A stretch of DNA of 62,571 bases, the filler included, from Sphacelaria rigidula (taxonomy: Eukaryota), in the NCBI GenBank assembly GCA_964200075.2. It is 8 parts of 8 records of this genome, joined end to end, with 100 filler letters (N's around TTAATTAATTAA, not from the genome) between each part and the next. Parts side by side here need not be neighbours in the genome. Positions count along the whole stretch, not along the records: positions 31,339 to 39,072 come from CAXNAA020013635.1; positions 39,173 to 46,906 come from CAXNAA020013636.1; positions 47,007 to 54,739 come from CAXNAA020013637.1; 5 more parts are not named here. One strand, written 5' to 3'. The notes below the pieces were generated by a model. That model was not told where the DNA came from. It searched no databases and was given only the letters and a program-made list of their open reading frames with translations. Positions 35,673-47,865 of this stretch are shown in pieces (positions within the stretch are counted from its first letter, which is position 1; each line of letters begins with the position of its first letter). A program made the position numbers and the translations under genes.

Positions 35673-38600
35673 ACTTCAATCGAAAATAAAACGAAAGAGA
35701 TAACTACTTGATTTCAATGATGACCTCAAAGTTGTCGATTTGCACCTGTCCTTCAAATTTCAGGTCTCCACTCTCAAAGCCTTGAACGAAGAATCCAGGG
35801 TCGCACATTGTTGTCTCAAGTGGTGAGACCAGTTTGTTCTTCCCCCAAATGACGAGAGGAATTATGTTGAGGAATCGAGAAATAACGACAACAACAACAA
35901 CAACAGCAGCAGCAGCAAGTACAACCGCTTCCAAGTTCGCTGCAACCAACATGGCGACAGTATATTCCCCTCCGTTGCATCATCATACACGCTAGTCCGC
36001 CAATCAACGAGGGAGTACGAATATATAGCCGGTAGACAATTCCAACACCGTTGTTGGAAGTTGGGAGGTGATACTTTACGTGCGTGCTCCTGAGGGAGAG
36101 CCCGAGATGAACTCAGAAGTACTCACGACTCGAACCTTTCCAGCTTGGAATCACCCATTTCATATTTCATGTCCCAACTTTCAACTCCCGAGGACACCGT
36201 GAGAAATGGCTACCGACCGACTCCCTCTTCGTTTGGCGAAACAGCGTGTATGATGATGGATTGCGGAACCAAGCCACTGCTCTGTGGAACGGAGGAAGAC
36301 GTACTCCCGATACATTGGTTGCAGCAAGTTTCGATTCATCTGCGTTTCACCGACTACGTGGGGTCCCCGCTCAACACGGGAGCACGGGGAACCCCCCCAA
36401 AGACGCCCGAACGCTAATTGAGTAGAAATAATCATTCACTGACGAACTCGGGGTGTTCCGTGAGGAAAACGCACGTGAAAGTCCGTGTACCACCTCCACG
36501 TATCAGTCCTGTAGTTTCAGGAATTGTTCACGATCATCCCCTGACCACGGGCTAGAGCGATCGGACTCATGCATCCGTGCGTGGAAAACGTGACAGAGGA
36601 CATCCATCATGAATTTGTGCAGCGTCCGGTCAGGATGAATGCACAAGAAATGAGGAACACTTGAGCTGTGCATAGGAGCCATGGACAGCGTGTTGACTCC
36701 ACCTTGCCCACGACTGTAGACTGCAGGTGTTCGCGACGAGCTTCTTGTCTCATCAGAGGTTCACGGGACACGTAAAATGTCTCGTGGGCAAGTATTGAAC
36801 GGGTCACGCTGGAAGGGAAGACAGGGTGATAGTAACAACTGTTGTGGGGGTGAATGAGGGCCATAACGACCGAAAAAAAAACATGCAGGAGGAAAAGAGC
36901 ACAAAAACAGAGGAAATTTCAACACGTCATCAGCTGTTCCGAGCTGTTCCGAGTGGAAAACACGATTCGTCCCTAATTAACTTAGTTTTAGTATGCGACA
37001 GCTGTAGCACTTCCGTCGTCGTCTTCTCGACATACTGTAGGAAGAAAGTCGGCCTGTGGCACTCCACTACTCTCCGCACACACACAAAGGCTAGGGGATC
37101 AAGCAAGTGATTTGCTCAATTCACCACAGCAGACTCAAAAAGCCCCCCCTCCCCCTCCCCCTCCCCCCTTCGAAACACCCAGTTTTAAAATATTTTGGTT
37201 TGGTGCGGCGTTTGGGTCACGCGTTGAGGAAACTGCTCGCTCGGTTCCCTAGTTCCGGTGTGTGGGAAGCGCACGTATCAAACCGCAATCCAATCCTCTG
37301 CTTTGCTGTTGAGAAATCCGCGGTCAAAGACAGGCACAACAACGTACTGCAACAACAGGGGCACAACAACAACACGAGCACCAGTTTCCATCCTCCTGTT
37401 GTTGTGAACCCTGTGTACAGAGATGTACAGCAACGTCAGTCACAGGCCTGTAATAGGAACATGCTATATACAGTACATTTCATATGGTCCAGGTCGTTAT
37501 TTCGAAGTGACGCGTGCACTTGTGACTTATACTGATTGACTCATCTTTCAGCCTTCATTTCTTCTGTACACAGATGTCGATGCACATTTTCCCGAAATAT
37601 AGTGCCCAGAATCGGCCCTCGTTCACCCCATGACTGTACCAGCAGGGTTTCTGCTAGACTTCAGCTATCTTTCATTACCGACAGCCGCCGACGAGGGGCC
37701 GGGGTACGAGGAGGTGCTGGCCTGCACTTGGTAGACCCCATGCCCACGCACATAGAACCGCAGTACTTGCACAATGCCTTCTTGGAAATTCCATATTTGG
37801 GCTACTCACTTGCTTGTGAGTCAATCGATCAAATGCGAATGCCGGTCCGCACGGGACCATCCCCCCTCCCCTCCTCTCCCCTTCCCCCCACGATACATTC
37901 AACGCAACAAAACACATGAACACACACATCCATGACAAACTTGAAGATCGCCCGACTCCAGCAAGTACAGCACCAGCAACTCCACACTGTACCTCACCAC
38001 GGCATTGCTACTAGCGGGGGCCTTCCTCCCCGAGCCTCTTGTCCTCCCACCTCTGCCGCGCGTAATCCCAGGTCCACCAGACGACGTCACCCAGGGTTAT
38101 GGTATCGCGACAATGCTGGACGGGAGTTTTCTCTCGTGTCTTCGCCCCTGTCTTTTTTTTTCTGCGGGGTCTCGCCGACGCGAGAGCAGACCGCCGCGAT
38201 CATCGCGCTCTTATTTTGCCGAATGACGTCAGGCGTGGGGGTGGTCGGAAAGGGAACAAAGCAAGATGGAGTACAGCGCAAGAGTGACGGTTTCTTGTGC
38301 GTAAAACATTTCCCTCTTTAGTTTACCGGACAAACGGACGGTGCAAGGAACAAGCGCACTGATGCACCCGGAACATGACATGGGTATTTCCAGCTTCATA
38401 TTCCAACATTGTTCATGATTTTCCATACAGTACAACGGTTCCCTGTTTGGCCGGTGTTGCTTTTGACTCTTTGTCTGTGGCGTTTGATTTCGGGTCTACT
38501 ACGTACTGTTGAAGCATTTTGAGCTCCGGTCGTCGCAGCGGACAAAGAGGAATATTTTTATTGCCGAATCCATCTAATGTACGGCTACTCATATTCATAC

Positions 38601-38791
38601 ACACGCTACCCGGTCACTCCGTTTGTGGAAAATACTGTCCGGCGAGGCGGTTAACTGAACGTATGATGTTCAACTTGTATTTCTTTATAGTGACTGTGCA
38701 ACAACAACAAAGGAGGCAGCTGAAAGGAAACACCATGTGCATTCGCCCTCTTTCGTCGACGAGCGGAATTGGAATTGTCCTAACGACCATA

Positions 38792-39072
38792 CGAGCTGGG
38801 CCAGCCGAGAAGCGAGTTTGTAGTTTGCAGGCCCATTGTACGGCCAATATTCAGAGTTGGACCCTGAAATTCGGTGTGGACAATGAACAGGGCATAATAA
38901 AAACAAATACTAGTGGCCGGTCGCCCCGGTGGCTCACTTGGTGACCTCGAAACCTTCTGATGGTTGAGTAGAGGGGTTCAATTCCTGGAGAGATCTAGGA
39001 TTTTTTCTCACAATATGCCCAACAGTGGAGAGCGACTACGTCGTGGGTACACAAAATTAGACTTAACGGTCG
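38792..39072. mobile_element. Left end of a cgagctgggcc-TIR element with tRNA-like internal cassette
   Basis: TA|cgagctgggccagccg. It contains tggctcacttgg (A box) and ggttcaattcc (B box). Confidence 0.7.
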
Positions 39073-39172
39073 NNNNNNNNNNNNNNNNNNNNNNNNNNNN
39101 NNNNNNNNNNNNNNNNTTAATTAATTAANNNNNNNNNNNNNNNNNNNNNNNNNNNNNNNNNNNNNNNNNNNN
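39073..39172. other. Artificial contig linker
   Basis: N44-TTAATTAATTAA-N44. Confidence 0.98.
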
Positions 39173-40171
39173 GAGTACCCCCCCCCCCCCCCCCCTACAC
39201 ACACAATTGCGTATATCGTCGGGGCTGTGCACATAATCTTGTATGCATAGTCATATATATGACCGTTGACCTCGCATCCCTACAAAGCCGGGACGGAGCA
39301 CGCCGGGTTTTCGCCGGACCAGGACCAGGCTCGCAATCCAAAGCCCCGCGGAGGGTATGTGCGAAAAAAATCATTCTGGGGCTCAAAAGCATCCCCTTTT
39401 CACCCCGAAATCTAGGCGAAATTGCGTTTTGCACACACCTTCTGCCGGAACGGAGGGCTGGACACCCCCCAAAATAGTTTCAGGTAGATAGAGGGGGATG
39501 TTGTCGTCCACATATGAAAGCCATGCGTCATTGCGTTAGGTCAGGAAAGTACTGTTCAGAAGTTGAAAGCCATTTTAATGTCCAACCCCACTTCTTAGGA
39601 TCCTCCATTAAGAGTGGTCTATGGTCGGTGAGGTGTCGTCGAACAGCCCGGGAAAATTTCGGGAGCCAATTCCCCCCCCCCCCATTTTGCATCCCTAACG
39701 GTCACGCTTAATTTCTTCTTTCGTAGTGGTCACGTAGGTGCAGAGTCATCATGTGTGCTGTATGTCTTCACTGGATATAACGGCAAGATACATTCCGCGT
39801 GCCATCGCTCTCACTGAACACAGTCTACTGCAGGTGTTTGTGCGCAGTCGTTTTGATTTGAGATTGCTGAGTATGTATGCATGTGTGACGTACTGCTGTT
39901 GCCTGTCCACTGCATGTTGGATGGGCGGTGTGTGTACACACACAGCGGCACAGGTCACACACACACGCATACGCACAGGCGGGTGACCACGAGCCAGCGG
40001 CAAAAGCAGCAGCAGTAGTGTAGCAATGAGACGGCCGCCGCTGAACCCATCGAATGACTAATGAAGACAGCTGTTTCCCCACTATCGGTGGTGCTGTTTT
40101 GATGGCGCATTGTTGTACAACAGGACTATCCAACATTACGTATCTGTGTCAAGTTTGTCCCATCACCCTAC

Positions 40172-40382
40172 TGTAATGCGTGAGAGGACCGCGTGCTTAC
40201 AGGACCGCATTGGAATTTGAACATCCCCATGGTTAGGGTTAGGGTTTGGGTTAGTGTTGGGGTTATGGTCAGGGGCGTGGTACGTGCAGGGACTGGTCCG
40301 ATTGGTTTTGAAAAACGTCGATCCTGCGGTGTTACGAACTAGGGCGCGGTCTTCTAAGCACGCGGTCCTCTCACGCACTACA
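40172..40382. mobile_element. 211-bp TGT..ACA MITE (Ginger-like) containing TTAGGG repeats
   Basis: 28-bp TIRs with 1 mismatch (tgtaatgcgtgagaggaccgcgtgctta) and 4-bp flanks ctac/ctat. An empty site is present in the duplicated block at ~40522-40690. Confidence 0.85.
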
Positions 40383-41436
40383 CTATGGTACCGTGTGTAT
40401 ACACATCGTACAGGTCCAGCATACATGAGAGAGCCGTGAGTATTCCCGTCCAAGGCTATGCAGCATACTGCTTGCTGTGTACTTTACTGTAGTGCCAGTG
40501 ACGCTGTTCTGACTGCCCTCCGTTGTACAACTGTGCTATCCAACATTACTTACCCGTGTCAAATTTGTCCCATGACCCTATGGTGCCGTGTGTGAACACA
40601 TCCTACAGGTCCAGCATACATGAGAGAGTTGTGAGTACTTTTGTCCAAGGCTATGCAGTATACTGCTGACTGTGTACTTTACTATACTGCCTAAACCTTA
40701 ACCCTAATCCTCGCCCTCACCCCAACGAAGGCATACTGAGAACCCTCGGGCAAGGCGGGTGCAGCTCTTGCTAGTCTATACACAGTGCTCTTTCTTTCAC
40801 GGCAATTCGTGAGGTGGTGGATGAGGGCCAGCCGTGTCTGTTCAACAACATTTACTCAAGATGGAGTCGTGGACCGTCTTATTTACATGAGCTCGTACTT
40901 GCGTTTCGGAGGTGGTGGCTATGACATGATTTGCACATCGTAACGGATTCACTAGAGAGTACAGAGCTCAATATTCCACCGGTCTGGTACACAGTGCAGC
41001 TGGATAGATGATGAGGGCAGAGAGTGCACGTCACACTGCGTTCTAGCAGCGCACTTACGTCGGACCCCCCGTTATTGTCCGATGGGTGTCCAGGCTGGGT
41101 GACGGTGGTTTGTGATGCCAACAAAATACACTAGATTGCTGTGCATGGATGCAGCAGTGAGTCGTATCGGTAATGTCCAAAATACGGGTTTTTCAGATTC
41201 TGTGGGTAGGCAAACAACTGGACCGCTTGTCACGGATCATCTTTCGGCCTGCTTGTGCGGGACGACTGAGAAGAGTGTCATTTTTTTCCTCTTCAGTCCC
41301 AGCGTCTAGTGTAAAATGCTGTTCCGAAATTGATCATTTTGGACTTTGATAATGTATAAAAAAACTGGACATGAGTGTACTGCTCAGATACCGCGTGGAA
41401 AGATATTCACGCTATGAGTACAATTGATGATAATGG

Positions 41437-41437
<1 letters not shown>

Positions 41438-41467
<30 letters not shown>
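41438..41467. repeat. (GAT)n microsatellite
   Basis: Run of gat units. Confidence 0.9.
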
Positions 41468-42332
41468 AACATAATACTTCCTCTGTCCCACAAGATACGC
41501 TCGTTTGGAGAATCTCATCGGATAAGCCCGTGGTGAAATATTGCGATAATGTACCCAGTACAGTTGTTTTCGACATACTGACCTCCTACATGTCTTCCAC
41601 ATATGGTTGCTATCATGTAAAAACAAAAATAGCCCCAGGGGATCACATGTTTTCATCCCCGGCGTGAAAAAATCACGAAGTGGGCTTATGTAGTGAGATT
41701 ATCCGAAGGAGACCCAGAGTTTTGGCAGAACTCTGGCTCAATGTGCTATACGGGGGGTACAAAGAACCTTTTTTTCGATACTCAGATCCACGGTAGTGTG
41801 TTTCGAGGTGTTGGGGACATGTGTGAGAACACGAAGACCCTCCAGACCTCGGGACAACATGATATTGTCCCGGGGATGGGCGCGTGTACCTCGGAATCCC
41901 TACATGAGACTGCTGCGTGCTCAAATAGTGCCGTGGTGGCGGCAGACTGAAAAATGATGGTTTCGGGCGGTTCTCCGAAACGCCTCGGGAATCACGAAAC
42001 AAACCGTTTCTCCAAAAAACGATGGGAAGGCTGTCGACCGGTAAGTTCCGGTTGTGCACGACCGACACACGCTGATCGCCGTGAGTGTAGCTGCTTGTCT
42101 ATCGGGGGCTCGGCAAAAGCCTCGGTCTTGAGTTCTGCTCCAAAACTTTACGAGGACAACAACAAAAAAACGCTCGGGAAAAACCGAAAATACGCACGAG
42201 AATTGCGGCAAAATCTCCAAGCGGGCCTATCTTGTGGTACAGAGGAAGTATAATAATTGTAAAAATAATTATGATAATCACGGTATTCTAATACATGGTC
42301 ATATCCCCCTCGCCCTGTGTGCAATCGGTCAG

Positions 42333-45111
42333 GTGTTACTCAAGGGATCGCCTAGGCGTACTGGTTCTGTGCGGTTCGTAGGTGAGACCCGGTTTGCCTC
42401 GGGCATTTGGATTGGCGTGGAGCTTGGCCCAGACGCGGAACCATCGGGAATCCATGATGGGACTGTCAAGGATGTTTCTTACTTCAGGTGTCCTCCTGCG
42501 CGAGGGATCTTCCTTCGGCCTGACATGGTTGAAGTGCTTGACGGAGAAGCAGGAGGAAGTGAAGGGTGAGAGCGATTTTTCTTCCCTTTTTTTCTGTTTG
42601 TGTGTGTTCTTGTCTCTGTTGTTTGATGTGTCGTTTGTTCTCGATGTTCATGCGTCAGGGGTTGGGTGAGAGTCGTATATCTGTAGTATGTAGTAACAGT
42701 GTTTCCTCTGTATGCTTGCTGGTGCGATCATGTGACGTACATTGATTTCAGTATGGGCATATATTTTGTAAGATATTGGGCACATATTGAGGAGAGGGCT
42801 GAGCGGGTGGGGGGGAAGGGTATGTCCGAGTAATTTTAGTAAGAACAGTTTAGGATCTTTACTGTACGAGTAACTATACATGAAGCTCGATACGGTACAA
42901 ACAATTTTTGTTTCTGTGGTCTCTCGCAGACGGTATCCGAACGGTATCGTCGGGTAGTCATGAAATACACACAACGTTGCATCGGTATCCGTGGAGTCGA
43001 CTAGATGGCACCGCAGTCAAGGGTTTGAGCTAAGCCACCAGATTTGGTCAGACCTTTGGAGTGACGTAGGCCCCAGTGATGAGACGATCTACATAAATGT
43101 CTTGGGCTGGCAGTAGAGATGCCTGCCGACGTACATTTTTCTTGTTCTTCCTGCTTTTTTGCTTTTGTTTTTGTTTTTGTAGTAGTGGTGGTATTTGTTC
43201 AAAACGTTTTTTTGTGTCGTGAATTGTTGGTATTAGTAATGGTGGTGGTAGTATGCACGCTCTTGTGTGATGACCGAGCTTCTCCTAGAATTTCTGAAGA
43301 GGAGGAAAGTATAATTGCAACTCCCCCGCCCCCCCGTGCGCGCACGCCCTCTTTATCCATCAGGCTTAAGGCGGGAGGACCCGAATCTTTTGAACTAAAC
43401 GCAGAGGATCTGACGTCAGCTAAGGCCAGCGCTGAGGCTCAGCTGGAAAATGACCGAATACGCAGGGAGGCAGCAGACAGCGAGGAAGCGACCAGGAGGG
43501 CGGGCGCGGAACTACTCCGATGCCACAAACTCTTCGTCAACGAGGTAAGAAGGTTTGCATTTTTCATTCTCCTTATGTGTCTGTGTGTTGTTTCATTGCC
43601 AACATCCGATTATTCGATTGCCGGTGTGGTGCGGAGGTTCCGTTCGGCGTTTTTTTCGCTGTTTCTGTTTCGTGTGCTGAAGTTATATTCATGGATTCAA
43701 CTTCCCGCTCTCACTTTTGCGTTGCCTGTAACAAAAAGTGTACTTCTAGTATTTGCCACCTTTCCTTGTTTTCGTTCGTGCTGCATTTTGCGTGGTGTGT
43801 GCGTGTGTGATATCCACTAGTAGGGAGCTATATTTATCACGTCATCGTTTATTTATATATATATATAAATATATTTACTTGAAAAAAGGAGGAACCCTCA
43901 CCCAACACTTATCCCGCGAACGGGTTCGTCCACCCGGAACCAGCCTGTAGGAATTGTGTTTTAGCGAAATTTCATGCTCGGGTTACTTGTCTCGGAGCTT
44001 CGTGTTTGAGCCTTTTGTGTCGATATTTCTCATCTAGGATACTCGTCTCTGCGTTGACGTCGTGCTTCGTCTCAACTCTCAAAAGTCCTCCCCGCCCCTC
44101 CCTCCAGCTCTTTCTCTCCCGCCCGCAACTCTATCTGATGGCTACAACGGATGTGCGCCACACCCCAACCCCTTGCAGGCGCTGGAAACCCTCAAGGACG
44201 AACTAGGTGTCATTCCGGGCCTGGAAAAGCTCTTGGCCTCGGACGAGCCGGTGCCGGCTGACCGCCTCATATACTACCGAGAGGTGTTGGACAGCGCCGC
44301 AGAGGCTCGAGAGGCCGCCGCAGCCCGCCTGCGAGCCCAACTTCGAGCTGCGACCCTCAAACATCCTTCCGTATTCTCCAGAAACTCGGACGGCGGCGGG
44401 AGGAAGGCGGAGAAACGTGATACTCTTAGTGGTGCCCGTAAAAGTAGTGGTGCTGACGTTGCCGAAAACGCAGACGACTTTGCGGAAAACACCGATGGCG
44501 CCAAACATACCGTCGAAACCACAATTGCCGATGATACCGGAAATGCCGATGGCGACTTCAAATGTGCCGACGGCGACAACACAAATGCTGATGACAACGA
44601 TATTATTGACGGCGCCGCAAAAGGCGCCCATGATGGGGAAAACACAGCTACAGCTGAAAATGCCGACGGTGCAGAAAATGCCGATGGCAACCACTCCGTT
44701 GACAGCGCCAATAAAGACACTCATGATGGGGAAAAGACAGCTACAGCTGAAAATGCTGACGACGCGACCGCGGATGCACGTGATGGTGAGGGCGCCAACG
44801 CTGGTTCGCCCTGCGGCAGCAAAGGAGACGCTACGGACGCCGGGGGGGGGGAGAAAAAGAGCTGGGGATGGGGTGTGTGGGGGAAGAAGAATGAAGAGGA
44901 GGCGGTGGAGAACCAGACGGGGGAGGAGGCTAACGATGTTCAGGTTGACGAGGTGAATCCGCCCCCTCCCCCAACCGCCGCGGAGGAAAATGGGGACGTT
45001 GGTGTTGATGGGGAGGGTGGCGGCGAAAGTAGTGGAGTGGGTGGGGGTACGGGGGCAGAAGCGGAGAAGGACGGAGGTGAAGGTGTGCAGGAAGGCGAAG
45101 AAGGCACTTGA
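42333..45111 (+). CDS. CAP-Gly domain protein, 3' part (3 exons), with kinesin-13-like coiled-coil and acidic low-complexity tail
   Basis: Exons 42333-42565 (GSVRFVGETRFASGIWIGVEL..GIHDGTVKDVSYFRCPPARGIFLRP = CAP-Gly), 43289-43544 and 44179-45111 (TGA). Splice phases are consistent. Confidence 0.82.
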
Positions 45112-46906
45112 AGGTTCGGCGGGGCAGGGTTACGGGTGTGCGGGGGGGTCTGTTCGGTCGGAAACGGTTGTGCTCGGTTGGATTGTGGTGTGTTGTATTG
45201 AGGTGGCTGGTGACGTTCTGTGTCGGGTGTTTTGTTCTTCTCGTTCTCGTTCTTGTTCCTGTACTTTGTTTTCGTCACTTGCGTGAGCGTTTTTGTCGTC
45301 GAATAATTTTGTGATGCATGTGTGCCCCCCTTACTGTTGCGTTCGTGTTTGGTTGTTTGTGTGCTCGGTGTTTCAGCCACCAGACTGAAGAGAAGAACTG
45401 CAGTGTCCGACTAGCTTCTGGTGACGATCGAGAATAGCTACAGGCGGTGTTTGTGACGAGAGAGGGCAAGCAGTGGGGAGGAGGGTGGCGCGACTAGTGT
45501 TGATTCGTTTGTCGCATTGTTCTTTTTCATTATGCTACCCATCGTCATATATATTTTCAAGCAAGGCGCATAGCGGGAGTTGGCGCTCCAGCTCGAGGCA
45601 GCAGGTTTCACAGAATTGAACGAAGCACGTGTGCACGTTGTGTTTACCATGTGAATTAATCCATAAGTAGGGCTTCTGGTGAGAATCGCCATTAATCAGC
45701 ACATCCTTATCAGGGAGAGTGCCCTGAGCGTGCCACACAAACACACAAAACTTACCCCTCCCTCCTTACCCACTCTTATGTGACTCGAGCGATTTTCTTT
45801 GGAGCATTTAGTTTTGTTTTTTGCGAGCTTGATCAGTGTTAGCGATCTCATGCACCGACAAATCTTGTTCAAAGTTGTATGAGTACCAGGCTATATCCAT
45901 ATTATCTCAATCCCCCTCCCCCCCGCAAGTGTCCGACGATGTCTACTCCACTTCGCTAAAAACCGAAGTTTTAGACACGGCATGAACACTTTTGTCTATC
46001 GAATGGGGGGTTAATATTTTTTGCTAAATTTTGCAGTGTATGCGTGGTAGGAGTGGTTCAACTTGTATGATAGGTGTGATTGGTACAGTAGAAGAGGGGA
46101 GGCATGGAGTCTTGTTTCTTCAGGCCGAAGGGAGGGTATGGGGGGCGACGGGAGCAGGCCAGCGACCACCTTTTTTTTTCACGACACGTTTTTGGTGTGG
46201 ATTTAATTTTTAGGTTGATGTGGTTGGTTGCTGAATTCTCATGGCGCGTGGAGCGGGTACTGGATGAAATGAGACTTGTGTGGATACATGATCTCAAGTC
46301 AGGGTATCATCATGAAATACAGGATCAACCATTTACGCTTTTCACAGGAAGGCGCGAATCAACGCGTAGTGTGTACAGTCTCCGCTGAGTCGCGCTGTGT
46401 GCTGGTGTAGCGCCTAATAGCACTCGTTTTTTGGATGGATGTTGAAAATCTATTTTTGCGTGTAAACGTCTCTGTATTGTTTTCAAGAGTCGGAGAAATA
46501 ATTAATGTACACCTCCGTTGCTGTTGGAATGAGGTGCAGATTGAAGAAAAGCGCAACAGATATATCAAGTCCATAGGGTTGGGGACTGGACCAGTATCTA
46601 CTGACAGTATTCCTGTACCGGCAGTTTTCCTGTACTGCGTCAGAGGCTGCCATTACAGCCAGTACATACCCATCTTACGTACGTCCCATATTATGCCCAC
46701 TAATCCACATGGAAACCCTCCGAAACTGCGCCGCATGAGGGGCAGGAGAGAAGAGAGATTGAGAACAGGGCACACACACCTTGAAGGGAGACAACAAAAT
46801 CGATGGACCAATATGTCACTAGCAGCAGCAGCCCGCCCGGTTCAGACACGAGCCCGGGGTCTCAGATCCCTGAACCCGCCGCGGCCTCCAGCGAATCACG
46901 ATTGTT

Positions 46907-47006
46907 NNNNNNNNNNNNNNNNNNNNNNNNNNNNNNNNNNNNNNNNNNNNTTAATTAATTAANNNNNNNNNNNNNNNNNNNNNNNNNNNNNNNNNNNNNN
47001 NNNNNN
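46907..47006. other. Artificial contig linker
   Basis: N44-TTAATTAATTAA-N44. Confidence 0.98.
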
Positions 47007-47181
47007 AAAAAGTGCATCAAAGAATTGGCCATATACGGCGTCAGAGCTGGTACTCTCACTCAGTGCATAACCCGCCTCACGTGGGCATGGTCGCTGATTT
47101 TTTACAACGAGACGCGTGTCATGTGGGCGACACTGGCGAAAACGATACCAAGCGTGGGGGGGGGCTATTGTAGAAAGTGTG
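47007..47181. mobile_element. GACAC-family MITE variant (partial)
   Basis: Starts aaaaagtgcat and ends gggggctattgtagaaagtgt. Another family end is at 31152. Confidence 0.7.
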
Positions 47182-47865
47182 TTTACGACGGAAGACGCCG
47201 CGCGTGCTTAACGTATTCTAACCTTTGAATATTTCTCTGTCGAGCCATGCATAGCTCCACGTATCTACAGTACAATAATAGGGACACAAACGATGTGAAG
47301 GGACAATAAAATCAGGACACAAATGATGGGAAAGGGCGACCACTGGTGCTCACCCATGTACATGAGGAAATTAACAACACGGAGACTCTTTCAGACCAAG
47401 TGGAGAAACACAGCAGCCTTGCTTTGTCTGTCATGGATTCCCATGACAACCAGAATCATAGAGAGGAGGTGATATGGTCAGACCGCATGTCCTGTGGCGT
47501 AAGGCTTCCAAACAACCCCCTCCCCCCCCCCGCCCTCCTCCCAGAGAAAAAGAAACTCCTCCGCTGTCCCAAGACACATAGGGTTAGGACACGCTTTCAC
47601 AGTACTTTGTTCTGCAGCATTAGTTTCTACTTAAAACGCCGCCCTCATCCGCCCCGAGTCTCACGTCCTGTCTCCGGAGCTGCTTTCGTGTTCCGCCACT
47701 TTGTCGCATCAGCACCGGTCTTCCGGAGCATGCTATTTCCATCCCGAACCAATCGGAGTGTGAATCTATCCCCACCTCCGGGAAAATAAATGTACAGTTC
47801 GACAAATCGCCGTTGAACGGAGAAGAGGATAGCCCCGTGGCACCCATCCTCTTCTGCGGCATGGT

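Noticed and set aside
37660..38120. Exon-like blocks readable on both strands (e.g. HCRDTITLGDVVWWTWDYARQRWEDKRLGEEGPR*)
   Set aside because: Strand and frame are ambiguous and no homology was recognised.
40232..40270. TTAGGG repeats as a chromosome end
   Set aside because: They are short, degenerate and internal to a TIR element.
44203..44956. Overlapping alternative-frame and antisense ORFs
   Set aside because: They are shadows of the repetitive acidic exon of the CAP-Gly gene.
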